The notes: generated by a model from the sequence alone, not told the origin. Positions 1-11,534 are shown, numbered from the stretch's first letter. The stretch is 64,000 bases of DNA from an uncultured Acidobacteriota bacterium (GCA_963733815.1 CAVTEG010000014.1:38861-102860), one strand, 5' to 3'. Numbers and translations are program-made.

Positions 1-32
1 TCCTGCGCCGTGTCATCGACCTCGGAATCAAC

Positions 33-425
33 ATGAGCACGGGGTCGGCACTGATTCTCGCGCCGCTCGTTCAGGTGGCCTGGGCCGAAGGCAAGGTCAC
101 CGACAAGGAGCGCGAGACCGTCCTGCGGCTCGCGGCCGGACGCGGCGTCGAGAAGGGCTCGCCCGCCGAGGGCCAGCTGCTCGTGTGGCTCGATCGGCGC
201 CCGGACGATGCGGTCTTCCAGGCGGCGATCGAGGTCATCAAGGCCGGCCTCTCGCACCTTCCGTCGAACGAGCGCGAGGAGCGCATCGCGAGCATCGTGC
301 AGGGCTGCCGGGAGGTCTCGGAAGCATCGGGCGGCATCGCGAAGGCGCTGGGAGTCGGGAGCGGCGTCTCCACCGAGGAACAGTCGGTGCTCGACGTCAT
401 CTCGGGCGCTCTCCGGAGCCCGTAG
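33..425 (+). CDS. TerB-like (tellurite-resistance TerB family) domain protein; 5' end may lie upstream of the window
   Basis: 130-aa ORF with a 'VAWAEGKVTDKERETVLRLA'-type helical motif typical of TerB-family domains. The frame is open from nt 3 to the ATG at 33. Confidence 0.45.
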   Translation: MSTGSALILAPLVQVAWAEGKVTDKERETVLRLAAGRGVEKGSPAEGQLLVWLDRRPDDAVFQAAIEVIKAGLSHLPSNEREERIASIVQGCREVSEASGGIAKALGVGSGVSTEEQSVLDVISGALRSP

Positions 426-483
426 CGACCGGGCGGAGGCCTCCGCAGAACGAGGATCGGCTGGGTCGCACGGGGGGGCCGCG

Positions 484-1406
484 ATGTCCAGTACCTTGGA
501 GTTCCGTCACGGTGTGCTCGCCGCTTATCCCGACGTCTATACGCCGGCGGCGCGGACGGCGCTCGAGGCGCTGGCGCCCCTGAATCGCGATCGGTGTCGA
601 ATCATGGCCGAGCGCAGCGTGCGGCGTCGCGAGCGAGCTATCCACGGTCATCGGATGGACTTTCTCGAGCCCGACGCTCTCATCCCGCGCACCGACCTCC
701 GCGTGCGCGATGCCCGCGAAGGCCTCTTCACCGGTGGCGACATTCCGGCCGATCTGCGGCGCCAGTGGATCCAGGGAACGGGGCCCGCCACGCGGCCGCG
801 CGCCACGGCCGAGAGCGGGCTGCGCAACGTCGCGTACGCGCTGCTCTCTGGCGCCGACGGCTGGATGTTCGACGGCGAGGATGCTCTGGGACAGGTCGAC
901 ACGTTGTCGCTGGACAACCAGCGGAATCTGAAGTCGCCTTTGACGAGGAGCCGATCTTCCTGCGGGTCGCCGATGACGTCGCCGCCGAGATGAACGAATG
1001 GGCATGGGACTTTCTGGGCCGGCCGATGTTCGACGGCTGGCGCCGGCAGCTCGCCTTCACCACCCGGCTCTTCCGTCCTCGCGGACTGCACCTGGACGAC
1101 CGTCACCTGCGCGAAGAGGACGGCACCGGCTTTTCCGCATCGATCGTCGACCTCGTGCTCTATGTCGTCAACAACCGCGAGCGACTGCAGGCGGAGGGCC
1201 GGTCCATCGTCCTCTACCTCCCGAAGATCCAGACGGCCGAAGAGGCCGCTTTGTGGAACGACATGCTCGCCGCGCTCGAGCGACACCTCGGGCTTGCGGT
1301 CGGGACGATCAAGGTCTACGTGCTCGTCGAGCAGATCGAGGCCTGCTTTCAGCTCATGGAGATCCGCGCCGCGCTCCGTGGGAGACCCCGGCCGTTTTGT
1401 TTCTGA
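484..1406 (+). pseudogene. Malate synthase A-like gene, frameshifted near 930 and lacking about the C-terminal half
   Basis: Two ORF-track frames (208..993 from residue MSSTLEF, and 594..1406) align colinearly with AceB-type malate synthase ('WMFDGEDALGQV', 'RPRGLHLDDRHL', 'LYLPKIQTAEEAALWNDM', 'IKVYVLVEQIEACFQLMEI'). The homology stops at about 1380, and the next gene starts at 1496. Confidence 0.75.
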
Positions 1407-1495
1407 ACCGCAAATCCGGCGTTGCCACAACCGCCGACGCCCGAGGCACAAGCGGTGGCCCCGTGATAGCGTGATGGAACGTTAGGGAGTTTCTC

Positions 1496-3711
1496 TTGAA
1501 GCCGGCTCGACCCGCTCCCGACACACGGAGGTGGTCTCCTTCCGGGAAAGGCGCGATTCTCGCCGGCTCCGGCGAGCGCCGGCAGCAACCGAATCACACC
1601 GGCCTCTTGAGAAGACTCACCTGTCCGGGCGTCCTGTTTCTGGCAGGCCTCCTGCTGATCCCGCGGGTCGCATCTTCCGAGTCGTCCTGGATTCCTTTGA
1701 CTCCGACGGGCGGACCGCCTGCTCCACGACGCTTTCACAGCTCCGTCTATGACCCGACGAGCAATCGGCTGATCCTCTTCGGCGGCTGTCTGGCCGGCAC
1801 GTGCCAGAGCGTCACGCAGTCGACCAATGAAGTCTGGGTGCTGACGAATGCCAATGGAGTCGGAACGCCGGCGTGGAGCCAGCTCACACCGACCGGTCCG
1901 CTTCCTCCCGCACGATTTCTTCACGTGGCCGCGTACGACACGGCGACCAATCGCATGATCGTGTGGAGCGGCGACAGCACGTTCGTCAGCCTCCCGGATC
2001 TCACCGACGTGTGGGTCCTGACGAACGCGAACGGGCTGGGAGGAACTCCGGCATGGGTTTCGCTTTTTCCGACCGGAGGGCCGCCGCCGGGAGGCACCTT
2101 TCCGGGCCGGGAATTCACGAGCGCCGTCTACGACGGGATCACCAATCGGATGATCGTGTTCGGGGGCGCGACCTGTGATCCGTGCGGGGGAAGAAACGAC
2201 GTCTGGGTCCTGACGAACGCCAACGGCCTCGGTGGCGCACCAGCCTGGCTGGAGCTATTTCCTTCCGGCGAACCGCCGAGCGCTCGCTACCTCAACAGTT
2301 CGACATTCGACTCGGCCGGCAATCGACTGATGATCTCGGACGGAGTCGGTCCGGGGGGAGGAGTCGCCGGCGACACGTGGGTCCTCGCGAATGCGACGGG
2401 TCTCGCCAGGAGCACTGGGATGCCGACCACTCCGGTCTGGACATCGCTTCCCGACGGTCCCGAGGCTCGCGCCTTCCATGCCGCGGCGTACGACCCCTTG
2501 AGCAATCGCATGGTCGTTTTTGGGGGCTCCGGGAGTTCGGGGTACCGGAACGACGTCTGGGTTCTCGACAACGCGAACGGGGCCGGCAGCGGGCCGGCCG
2601 CCTGGAGTTTGGCGACGCCGATGGGAACGCCGCCGGACGCAAGGGTCGTTTTCTACCATTACCAGCTGTACGACCCGGCGACACGCAGGCTGCTCGTTTT
2701 TGGCGGCGATGACGATACCGGGGCGCCGGCTCTCACGGACTACTGGGTGCTGACCGACGCGGTCGGGTCGCTCGCCGGCGCGTCCCTGAAGCTGGACGTC
2801 CACGGGTCCGGTGGCTCCTCCAACCTCAATGGCGTGCTGGAGCCCGGCGAGTCGGTCGTCGTGGAACCGGCCTGGTTGAACATCAGCGCGGCGTCTCTGG
2901 GGCTGACCGGCACCGCCTCCCTCTTCGAGGGCCCGCCCGCCGGTGGAACGACGTACACGATCGTCGACGGCGCGGCGGACTACGGAACCCTCGCCGCCGG
3001 AACGTCCGGCGACTGCTTCGCCGCCACGCAGGACTGTTACGAGCTCGCCGTCTCCGGACCGCGGCCCGTGCCTCACTGGGACGCGATTTTCGCCGAGTCG
3101 CTTTCGTCGACCCTGGACAAGACCTGGACTCTGCACATCGGCGAGAGCTTTGGCGACGTGCCGACCCCGAGCGTCTTCTACCCGCACATCGAGAACATCT
3201 TCCATCACGGCGTCACGACCGGCTGCAGCGACACCGACTTTTGCCCCGAGGAGCCGGCGCTGCGCAAGCAGATGGCGGTTTTCGTGCTGAAAGCGAAAGA
3301 GGGTGCGGCATACCTGCCCCCTCCGGCAACGGGGATTTTCTACGATGTCCCGGCGAGCGACCCGTTCGCCCCGTGGATCGAGGAGCTCTATCACCGGGGC
3401 GTCGTCGCGGGTTGCGTCGGACCCGGAGCCCAGGAGTACTGCCCGAACGATCCGGTCTTGCGGCAGCAGATGGCCGTGTTCCTGCTGCTCACGCTCGAGG
3501 GCTGCCGGTTACGCGCCGCCGGCCTGCTCCGGGCTCTTTGCCGACGTCGCATGCCCCAGCCTCTTCGCCGATTGGATCGAGGACTTGTGCGATGCGCGCG
3601 ATCACCGCCGGTTGCGGCGAAGGAAATTTCTGTCCCACGAAGGCGACGACGCGCGCCCAGATGGCGCCGTTTCTGGCCAAGACGTTTGGTCTCGTGCTCT
3701 ACGGTCCCTGA
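1496..3711 (+). pseudogene. Secreted Kelch-repeat beta-propeller protein with three C-terminal SLH-like repeats; the last repeat is split over three frames (about 3500-3600)
   Basis: Repeated 'R(M/L)I(V/L)FGG...NDVWVLTNANG' Kelch units and a hydrophobic signal-like N-terminus (alternative TTG start at 1607). The SLH-like units 'F.DV...PWIEELY..GV..GC...CP......QMAVFL' continue in the frames of ORFs 3303..3785 and 3241..3711, which ends '...TRAQMAPFLAKTFGLVLYGP*'. Confidence 0.7.
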
Positions 3712-4358
3712 AACAAGAGTTGGTCCAGACGTCTGATGAACCCCGGCCTGGCGAAGACCGGATTCGACGGGGCTCCTCCCGCTAACTCTCGATCCTGTAG
3801 ATCTCACGGCGACCATAGTTGATCGATTCGGCTTCCCTGTCTCGACGTCCAGCGAGTGCGTTCGGAGGCCCCCCCTCTTCCGCATGATGAGAACGACGCG
3901 CCCCGGCTTCCCCGGGGGCGAACGCGCACCCAGGTGGATGTCGCGGGTTCGACCCCGTTTCCCGCTCCAAGCTATCCCCGGCGCGTGAGTGCCTTAGAGT
4001 CGAACCTCGCCCTTTTCGTCCGAGTCTCTCGATCGGGGCCCTCGAGCCGCTCCCGAGGATCCCCGACGTCCTCTCACCCGGCTGGTCAAGATCGACCGTC
4101 CAGGACGCAGTGGCATCGGACGGGTACGCGAAGCGTGTTCGAACCGGATCATCGGAGCGCTCGGAAAATCTTCGCCGCGCCCTAACCAAGGGATCGCGCT
4201 CCCGGTGCTGCTTCTGATGGGAACCCTGCGGGAAGTCTCCCGCGCCGCGAAGCGGCGAAGAGGGTTCGGCGTCCACAGCGAGCTCCAAAATGATGCATCC
4301 GGGTCATGACAGGCGATGCTTTTCGAGGCATGTTGGTCACTCCAAAAGGAGGAGTGTC

Positions 4359-4661
4359 ATGAAATTCGCAAGAAACGTTAGCTTTCAGATCAAGACTGGT
4401 AAGGAGAAAGAGTTTACGAATCTGTTCGAGAAGGAAGTCGTCCCGATGCTTCGGAAGCAGAGCGGTTTTCTTGAGGAGGTGACGCTTGTCAACCCGAAGA
4501 ATGCCGTCGGCATCAGCCTTTGGGACAATCGACAAAGCGCCGAGGCCTACCAGACCACGACGTATCCACAAGTTCTGGCGAAGCTCGGCGGCGTGATCGA
4601 CGGAATACCGAAGGTCGAGACCTACGAGACGGCTTCCAGCTACATTCGCGCCGCAATCTGA
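4359..4661 (+). CDS. Small ABM-like (dimeric alpha/beta-barrel) protein, paralog of 26417..26722
   Basis: ATG at 4359 follows an AAAGGAGGAG ribosome-binding site. The 100-aa product has the ABM-type pattern '...GF.E..L.......GISLW......AY'. It is about 60% identical by eye to the 26417 ORF. Confidence 0.7.
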   Translation: MKFARNVSFQIKTGKEKEFTNLFEKEVVPMLRKQSGFLEEVTLVNPKNAVGISLWDNRQSAEAYQTTTYPQVLAKLGGVIDGIPKVETYETASSYIRAAI

Positions 4662-4692
4662 CCGATAGGGCGCGCGTCGTTCCCACGATGGC

Positions 4693-4716
4693 GAGGCCCC
4701 GAAAGGGGCCTCTTTT
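4693..4716 (+). terminator. Rho-independent terminator (GAGGCCCC-gaaa-GGGGCCTC + TTTT)
   Basis: Perfect 8-bp GC stem, GAAA loop and T-tract 32 nt after the ABM-like stop. The same hairpin core recurs at 26758. Confidence 0.8.
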
Positions 4717-4881
4717 GTAGTCAGGCGCCGAGCAGCGCCCCGACATCAGCACCAGGCTCATTCGCTGCCGAGGTACTGCTCGATAGGCAGAGGCTGGCTG
4801 GGCGACGAGGGGCATCCGCAAGGCCCGTCACAAAGGGTGGGCCAAGGCGCGATCGCGACTCTTCTCCGGTAATAACGGAGG

Positions 4882-6666
4882 TCAGTCCTTCGGCCGAGAG
4901 GGCTTCGGAAGGAGCTTCATGACGGGGCTGCCGGACTCGATGATCGTGGCCGACCGACGCTGGCCGTCCACCACCTCGAATCGAACGGAGAGACCAGGGG
5001 CGCCAGCGACGCGAAATCGCGTCTGCGCCACCGGGGCGAGCAGAAGGCGGTCCTCGCCAGGAAAGGTGAGGACGAGCATGCCGGCCTTCACTTCGAGCGT
5101 CACCTCGGCCGAGTCCCCCTCGGCAACGTAGCTTCCGGCGAGCCGGGCCAGATCCGCGTCCGGCAGGGAAACGACCTGCATCTCCATCGGCTCGGTGCGG
5201 AAAGGCGGGCGGCGAATTTTCTCGACGCAGGCGGTATCGAGCCCTTTCGTCGCGCCGCGCTCGACGAACTCAATCTGAAGGTTCTTCACGCAGTCGAGGC
5301 CGTCGAGCCCCTCGTAGTTGTGTCCGCCGTGGGGTACGACGACGTGGAGCCCGTGAGGAAGGTGCTTCGCCACCTCCTCGCCGTTGGAGGGCGGTGTGGC
5401 GGGGTCCCACATTCCCGAGAGCAGGAGCACCGGCACGTTCGCGCGCACCGGGCTCAGGAAGTCTCGGGAGACGCGCGCGCGGGGCCAGATTTCACACGCC
5501 TCGCGCTGCTGCTTTAGGCGGTACTCCCCGAGGAAGGTTCCCTGGGCCGCGCGCTCTCCCTCGCCGGGTTCAATCCACGGGACATCTTCGGCGCATGTAA
5601 TCGAGAGGTAGAGACCCATCGAACCGCTCCCGACGATACGCTGGCGCCCATATAGGGCGAACTCGGCGAGCGGCGTGAAGTCGCCTCCGGCGGCCTGGTG
5701 CAGCACGGCGGGAATCTCGCGGGCGGTCCCGGAGGAGTACAGCATGTATCGAACAGCTTCCGCGGCCAGGTCCTGTGACAACGTGACATCCGTCGGCGCG
5801 CCGGTCTGGGGATGGAGGACGCGGACGGTCACGGGCTCCCGCGCGAGCTGCCCGAAGGCGCGCTTTGCCTCTTCGCCCAGGTTCGGGAAGGCTGCCTTGC
5901 AAGGCGCCTCGGCCGCGCACTCCGCAAGCACTCCCGTAAGCGCTCGCTCCGCCCCTTGCGGAAAGTGCAGCGGCATACGGTCGTCGGTTGGCACCACGCC
6001 CTGCAGGGTCACCGTGCGGACGCGGTCGGGGTGTTGTCGCAGGTACACGAGCGCGGCGCGCGTACCGTAGGAGCCTCCAAGGAGGTTCAAACGGTCGTAG
6101 CCAAGAGCCGCCCGCACATCGTCCAGGTCGTCCATCGCGATCGACGTCGTGTAGAGAGTGAGATCCGTGCTCTTCTCGAGCTCCGCCCGGCACTGCCGAA
6201 CCGCGGCAAGAGGAAAGAAGGAGCCGAGATAGCTCTGCAGGTTGTCCGCGGGAACAAACATCTCGCAGTTGAGGGGATGCGAGCCCCCCGTGCCGCGTTG
6301 ATCGACGAGGAGAATGTCGCGCCGCTCGCGGAGCTTTGCGAACTCCCTTGCGAGAGGCGCGGCCGCTTCCGTGGACGACTCGCCGGGCCCACCATTGAGA
6401 AAGACGTATGGATCCGAGAGGCGTTCGGAATCGGTGGCGGGGACCACCACGATCTTCAGCGAGATCTTCCGTCCTATGCGCGTGTCGCGGTTCTCGTACA
6501 CCTCGTACGTGCCGCAGCGCGCCTTGCCCTGCACTCCGGGGACGTCGCAGGGCTCAAGCAAGCGGGAGGCCGCGGGCGGCTTCCGCGGCCCTTGCTCGCC
6601 AGCCGTTGCCGATCCGGTGGCCGCGCAGGCCGCCAGCGCGGCCAGGCGGAGGAGGCCAGCGTTCAT
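4882..6666 (-). CDS. Secreted alpha/beta hydrolase, tripeptidyl-aminopeptidase (S33)-like
   Basis: 'LLGGSYGTRAAL' nucleophile elbow and 'PVLLLSGMWDPATP' C-terminal TAP-like segment. I prefer the internal start MNAGLLRLAALAACAATGSATA (signal peptide; ATG at 6666) to the 6975 ORF start. Confidence 0.8.
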   Translation of the reverse strand: MNAGLLRLAALAACAATGSATAGEQGPRKPPAASRLLEPCDVPGVQGKARCGTYEVYENRDTRIGRKISLKIVVVPATDSERLSDPYVFLNGGPGESSTEAAAPLAREFAKLRERRDILLVDQRGTGGSHPLNCEMFVPADNLQSYLGSFFPLAAVRQCRAELEKSTDLTLYTTSIAMDDLDDVRAALGYDRLNLLGGSYGTRAALVYLRQHPDRVRTVTLQGVVPTDDRMPLHFPQGAERALTGVLAECAAEAPCKAAFPNLGEEAKRAFGQLAREPVTVRVLHPQTGAPTDVTLSQDLAAEAVRYMLYSSGTAREIPAVLHQAAGGDFTPLAEFALYGRQRIVGSGSMGLYLSITCAEDVPWIEPGEGERAAQGTFLGEYRLKQQREACEIWPRARVSRDFLSPVRANVPVLLLSGMWDPATPPSNGEEVAKHLPHGLHVVVPHGGHNYEGLDGLDCVKNLQIEFVERGATKGLDTACVEKIRRPPFRTEPMEMQVVSLPDADLARLAGSYVAEGDSAEVTLEVKAGMLVLTFPGEDRLLLAPVAQTRFRVAGAPGLSVRFEVVDGQRRSATIIESGSPVMKLLPKPSRPKD

Positions 6667-6883
6667 CGCTGCCAGTCTAGCGCTTGAACGTTCGACAAAA
6701 GCCCGTGCGTGGCAGAGGTCAGGCTGCGCCCGTGATTGAGATGCAGGAGCCTGCAGGCGTGCAACGGGAATTGCCGGGGTCGGTCCCGAGCAAGTCAAGG
6801 GGTTACGTCTTGAGACGTGACCCCTTTTTCTTAAGACCGGAAATCGTGCCGGGCGCCATTCGCTAGTCGAAGGCCGACGGCTT

Positions 6884-7111
6884 CTGTTCAGTCGAGCTGA
6901 AGGTCGAGAGTGTCCGTATCGGCGTTCGCGATGCCCGGTCCAGAAAGATCTCGTCGCGATGGGAAAGGCCAACAAGCAGGTCGGCTATGAGCTGGGGCTG
7001 GCCGAGGAAACCATCAAGGCGCATCTCAAGACCATTTTCTTGAAGCTCGACGTCGCCGATCGGACCCACGCCGTCACGGTGGCGGCGAAGCGTGGCATCA
7101 TCGAACTCTAA
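6884..7111 (+). CDS. LuxR/GerE-type helix-turn-helix: either a stand-alone ~75-aa protein or the C-terminal remnant of a response regulator
   Basis: My own translation (frame 2) ends '...LVAMGKANKQVGYELGLAEETIKAHLKTIFLKLDVADRTHAVTVAAKRGIIEL*'. There is no ATG or GTG start and no receiver domain upstream. Only a CTG at 6884 is available. Confidence 0.5.
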   Translation: MFSRAEGRECPYRRSRCPVQKDLVAMGKANKQVGYELGLAEETIKAHLKTIFLKLDVADRTHAVTVAAKRGIIEL

Positions 7112-7282
7112 TCCCGGTTCTTAGCTAGAGTGAGGACCCGTCTGACGTCTCAAGAGTCAGCTTCGGGTGTGCTCGCACGATCAACGCCGCAGGGATCAAC
7201 AACGGCAGGCAGCCTCGTGCGGCATGATGCGCAGCCCCGGCATGTCCCGGCCTCTTCGTGCGTGCCCGAACCGTGTGCGGCG

Positions 7283-7990
7283 CTATTCGTCGAAGGGGGC
7301 ATTGATCAGCAAGTCGACAGTCGACACGGCTTTGTAGCCGGGCACGAAGCGCTCGCCAAAGTCGCGCAGGAAATTGTCGTGACTCGTTTCGGGCCTCTCC
7401 CTGACGAGGCGACCGCACGTCTCGCTGAATCTGTCCTTCATCCGCAGACGGGGGAATTCATCGAGGATGCGACCGACATCGGCTGTCTGGAGAGCGTCAA
7501 GGCCAAAGCCGCCGTAGTCGAGGCCGATGCCCATCGTGCCGACCGCCACTTCCGGCTCCTTGTGAAACGCGAGCGATGGCGTCGAGTTGAGGGCCACCAG
7601 GTCCCAGACCAGTTGCGCCTGGCGATCCGAGAGACGGCCCGTGATGAACGACCGAGCCGCGTTGGCACCGTTCACTTCGAAGCGGTTGGGGCCTGCGACA
7701 CCCGCAGTGAGGCCGATGTCGTGGAGGATCGTGCCCACAGCGACGACGTGGCCATCGTAGTCGATTTTCTTTGCGCGGCCCATCAGTTCTGCGAAGAGCC
7801 ACGAACGCATCGCGTGATTGAAGAGATACGGCTCGGAGAGCCGCCGCGCGTACTCGATCGTCGCCGTGATGAGCGGACCGTCGGGTACAGTGACGCCCGC
7901 AATCAGTCGTGTCGGGGGCGCGTTCCGATCGGTGGAGGCCGTCGCTGACGCAACCGCCGGCTGTCTGTCCTGGACCATGCGTTCACTCAT
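7283..7990 (-). CDS. HD-domain (metal-dependent phosphohydrolase) protein
   Basis: Intact 235-aa ORF with 'AVGTILHDIGL' HD motif. AAAGGAG ribosome-binding site before the ATG. Confidence 0.75.
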   Translation of the reverse strand: MSERMVQDRQPAVASATASTDRNAPPTRLIAGVTVPDGPLITATIEYARRLSEPYLFNHAMRSWLFAELMGRAKKIDYDGHVVAVGTILHDIGLTAGVAGPNRFEVNGANAARSFITGRLSDRQAQLVWDLVALNSTPSLAFHKEPEVAVGTMGIGLDYGGFGLDALQTADVGRILDEFPRLRMKDRFSETCGRLVRERPETSHDNFLRDFGERFVPGYKAVSTVDLLINAPFDE

Positions 7991-8927
7991 CGGAGATCTC
8001 CTTTGCTTCGCACTGGCTTTGAATTATCCCTCGTTGATCGCTTGACGACGCGTCGCCGTAATTGTTTATCGTTCCGGAGCCCGGTGGCCAGGAAGACCCT
8101 CCAAAGAGGCCTGCTGCTCGCCTCGGCAGCTGCAACTACAAGACCTCATCCATCGCCGTTCTGTGACATCGGCGCCGGATTTCGTAGCCCCGTTCTATCG
8201 ATTTCTTTGGAAGCCCGCCGCGGGTGTCACATCCCGGAGTGCCTCCCGGTCTTCACCAACGCAGGCGGGCCTCGGAAGATCGGGTACCCGGCGTCCAACG
8301 CGCCTGCGGGGCAAGGTTTTCGAAGAGCTGCGCAGGCTGAACGGAGGCACTCGGACGAATTCATGAACCGGTCCATCGGCCGCCCAGGGGAGGAGCGCGC
8401 GAGCCCGTTTTTGCCGTTTCCTGGGCGAATCACCCCCGAAGGAGAACGGCGCCAGGGGTGACGACGCGCTTCCTCCCCGAGGCGGATGGTCGGACAGGAT
8501 CGAGTAGCGGCACGGTACGCGACCGAACGAGTGGGAGAGGATGAAGTGCCGTGAACCCCAAGACCCTATTGCGCCATCTCCGCCGAGGTCGCCGCAGCAC
8601 AACTGGTGCGCGCCCTGAACGGCTGGCCGGTGACGATCGCCGCGTGGCAGGTGTCGACCGCTCCGTGTTCCCCCGGCTTCTGGCCGCGGGCCCGCAACGT
8701 TCGCCGGATGCTCATTGGAAGCGTCCCGCCGCGCGCCGGCGCGTCGTTCGTCGCAGCCCATCTCGACCACGACGCGTTAGATGCGGTCGCCGGGTGCGAG
8801 TTCGTCGATGATCGAATCCGGTTCCAAGGATTGACCACGGACCCTTGAGCCGGCCAGGCATGTCGTTCGCTGCTCCTGGCGCAGGGAAGTGCGATATCGC
8901 TCGCATTGCTGATGGAGTTCGACACCG

Positions 8928-9477
8928 ATGACGCAGTCCCCCAGCCTCCTGACGAGCGTCCCGACGATCGATGAAGTTCTGCACGATCACGCGTCGGAGT
9001 TGGGGCACGACTTCATACGCCTATCGGAACCATGCGTACCGCGTCATGAACCTGTGCGCCGCCATTGTGAAAGACCGTGTCGACCTCGAGAGGATCGCGG
9101 TTGCCGCGGTCTTCCACGACCTCGGGATCTGGACCAACAGGACGTTCGACTACATCGCGCCGTCCGTCGCGCTCGCACGCGCGTACCTCGCCGCAAGCAG
9201 TCGGGCGGCCTGGATCGCTGAGATCGAAGGGATGATCGTGGACCACCACAAGATCACGCCCTCCCACGCCAATCAGGACTCGCTCGTCGAGCCATTCCGA
9301 CGAGCCGATTGGATCGACGTGACGCGCGGCCTGAGAACATTCGGGCTTCCACGTCCGTTGATTCGGTCGGTCCTCGCTGGTTGGCCGAGCGCCGGTTTTC
9401 ATCGGCGCCTGGTGCAGTTGACTCTCGAAAGATTCCGCACTCATCCGCTGTCGCCGTTGCCGATGGTCAAATGGTAG
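8928..9477 (+). pseudogene. HD-domain protein with a frameshift near 9015
   Basis: The N-terminus 'MTQSPSLLTSVPTIDEVLHDHASELGHDF' (ORF 8928) continues in ORF 8971's frame as 'YRNHAYRVMNLC...AAVFHDLGIW...VDHHK'. Confidence 0.6.
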
Positions 9478-9652
9478 TCGCGACAGGCTCTGGTCCAGAC
9501 GCGCTGGTGACGGAACGACGCGTTGTCACGTCGCGACATGCCGCTCGGTCCTACCTAGCATGAAGGCATTGTTCGCCAGATAATGAACCTGCCGTGTCGA
9601 CAGAGCGCCTCGACTCCGGCGTGCTGTTGTCACGAGAGACGAGGAGGAAGAA

Positions 9653-10591
9653 ATGACCATCGCGACCACCGAACGGACCATCACTGACCACGAGGCAGCA
9701 CAGGTCGACCGCGCGAATGCCTCGGGCACCACACCTGTTGTCTTCGTTCACGGGCTCTGGCTGTTGCCCTCGAGCTGGGACCGCTGGGTGACGCTGTTCG
9801 AGGAGGCAGGCTACGTGGGGTTGGCACCGGGCTGGCCCGACGATCCCGAGACCGTCGCCGAGGCCAAAGAGCGACCTGAGGTGTTCGCGGGCAAGGGGAT
9901 CCGCGAGATCGCCGACTACGAGGAGGCAATCATCCGCCGCCTGCATCGGAAGCCCGTAATCATCGGCCACTCCTTCGGGGGACTACTGACCATGATCCTC
10001 GCGGGGCGCGGGCTCGCCGCCGCGTCGGTCGCGATCAGCCCTGCTCCCTTCCGCGGCGTGCTCCCGTTGCCGATCGCGGCACTGCGCTCGGCGAGTGTCG
10101 CCCTGCGCAACCCCGCGAACTGGAACCGCGCGGTCCCGCTCAGCTACGAGCAGTTCCGTTACAGCTTCGCGAACGTGGTCGGCGAGGACGAGGCGAAGGA
10201 GCTGTACCTCGGTTACTCCGTTCCCGGCGCCGGCGAGCCGCTCTTCCAGGCGGCGTCCGCGAACATCAACCCGTGGTCCGAGGCAAAGGTCGACTCGATG
10301 AACCCGGAGCGGGGTCCGATGCTGGTCATCTCGGCCGACTCCGACCACACGGTCCCCTGGGCGATCGCGAACGCGTCCTACAAGAAGCAGAAGCGCAACA
10401 AGGGCGTGACCGAGATCGTGAAGATGTCGGGGCGGGGGCACGCGCTGACGATCGACGCCGGCTGGCGAGAGGTTGCCGAGAAGGCTCTCGAGTTCGTGAA
10501 GCGGTTTACGTCCGGCGGGCGTGCAGCCCGGGCAGTACCCGACCCTCGACTTCCGCAGAAACCTCCGAGCGCACGCAGAGGCACAGTTTGA
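9653..10591 (+). CDS. Alpha/beta hydrolase
   Basis: Intact 312-aa ORF with 'VVFVHGLW' and 'IIGHSFGG' nucleophile motif. Confidence 0.8.
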   Translation: MTIATTERTITDHEAAQVDRANASGTTPVVFVHGLWLLPSSWDRWVTLFEEAGYVGLAPGWPDDPETVAEAKERPEVFAGKGIREIADYEEAIIRRLHRKPVIIGHSFGGLLTMILAGRGLAAASVAISPAPFRGVLPLPIAALRSASVALRNPANWNRAVPLSYEQFRYSFANVVGEDEAKELYLGYSVPGAGEPLFQAASANINPWSEAKVDSMNPERGPMLVISADSDHTVPWAIANASYKKQKRNKGVTEIVKMSGRGHALTIDAGWREVAEKALEFVKRFTSGGRAARAVPDPRLPQKPPSARRGTV

Positions 10592-10645
10592 AGATCGTCG
10601 CTGTCGGTCTCGGAGCGCTCATCGACCGCCAACGGGAGCGTTAGA

Positions 10646-11534
10646 GTGGAAAGAACGATTCGCATTCTCATCCAGACGACCACTCCCGGCGGGCGGGACG
10701 ATTGGTCGGTCGAGAGCCTTTCGCTTCTCACGGGACACCTCGCGTCGGTTCGGGAGGAGGAGACTCGGTTCGACGTGACCGCGCGAAATCGCGAATCCAC
10801 GTCCGGCGGCGACGATCCGGTGCTCGCGTCTCTGGATCGCTCGTCGTTCGACCAGCTCTGGCTCTTCGCCCTGGACACGGGGAGATGGGCTCACGCCCGC
10901 CGATTGTCTGGGAATCACTCGATTCCGCCAGCGCGGCGGAGGCATTCTTGCCGCGCGAGATCACCAGGACATGGGCGTCTCTCTTTGTGCGCTCGGTGAG
11001 ATCGGTGCCGCGCACCACTTCCAGACGAAGAACCCCGAGCCGGATCCTGCACGCCTCACGTCCGACGACCGCGGGACACCGAGCATCCTCTGGCCCAACT
11101 ACCACTCCGGAAAGAACGGCGATTTCCATCGGATCGCGCGGGTCGAGCCGTCGCATCCGCTCCTTCGCAACCCGGACTCTCCTTCCGGTTGGATCGACTT
11201 CTTTCCTTCGCACCCGCACGAAGGGGCCGTCAACGCCCCTCCTGGAGACGAGGCGCGCGTCATCGCCACGGGCACGAGCCTGGCGACCGGACGTCCCTTC
11301 AACCTCGCGGTGGCGTTCGAATCGAGCAAGGATGACAACGGGAACACGCTCGGCCGAGCCGTTGCGGAGTCGAGCTTCCACCACTTTGCCGATTACAACT
11401 GGGACACGAGCCGCGGAGCTCCCTCGTTCGTGACGGAACCCGAGGGACAGGGCATGAGGAACGAGCCTCGTGCCCTCACGGATATCAAGCGATACGTGCA
11501 TAATCTCGCGTTCTGGCTCGCTCCGGCCGCCTGA
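10646..11534 (+). pseudogene. Glutamine-amidotransferase-like / ThuA-like hypothetical protein, frameshift near 10880
   Basis: The GTG-start ORF 'MERTIRILIQTTTPGGRDDW...DQLWLFALDTG' continues in the frame of ORF 10971..11534 ('...ILAARDHQDMG...FFPSHPHEG...'). The functional family call is weak. Confidence 0.4.

Noticed and set aside
3760-3968. tmRNA (ssrA)-like end motifs. GGATTCGACGGGG at 3760-3772 resembles the conserved tmRNA 5' region. GGATGTCGCGGGTTCGACCCCGTTTCCCGCTCCA at 3935-3968 resembles the tmRNA T-arm and acceptor 3' end.
   Set aside because: The span is only ~210 nt, against ~350 nt for a normal tmRNA. No 5' strand pairs with CCGCTCC. The T-stem cannot close (GCGGG versus CCGTT). 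The only tag-like frame (ANSRSCRSHGDHS*) does not end in the usual hydrophobic/Ala-Ala tail. At best it is a decayed ssrA or att remnant. An ARAGORN or Infernal tmRNA scan would settle it.
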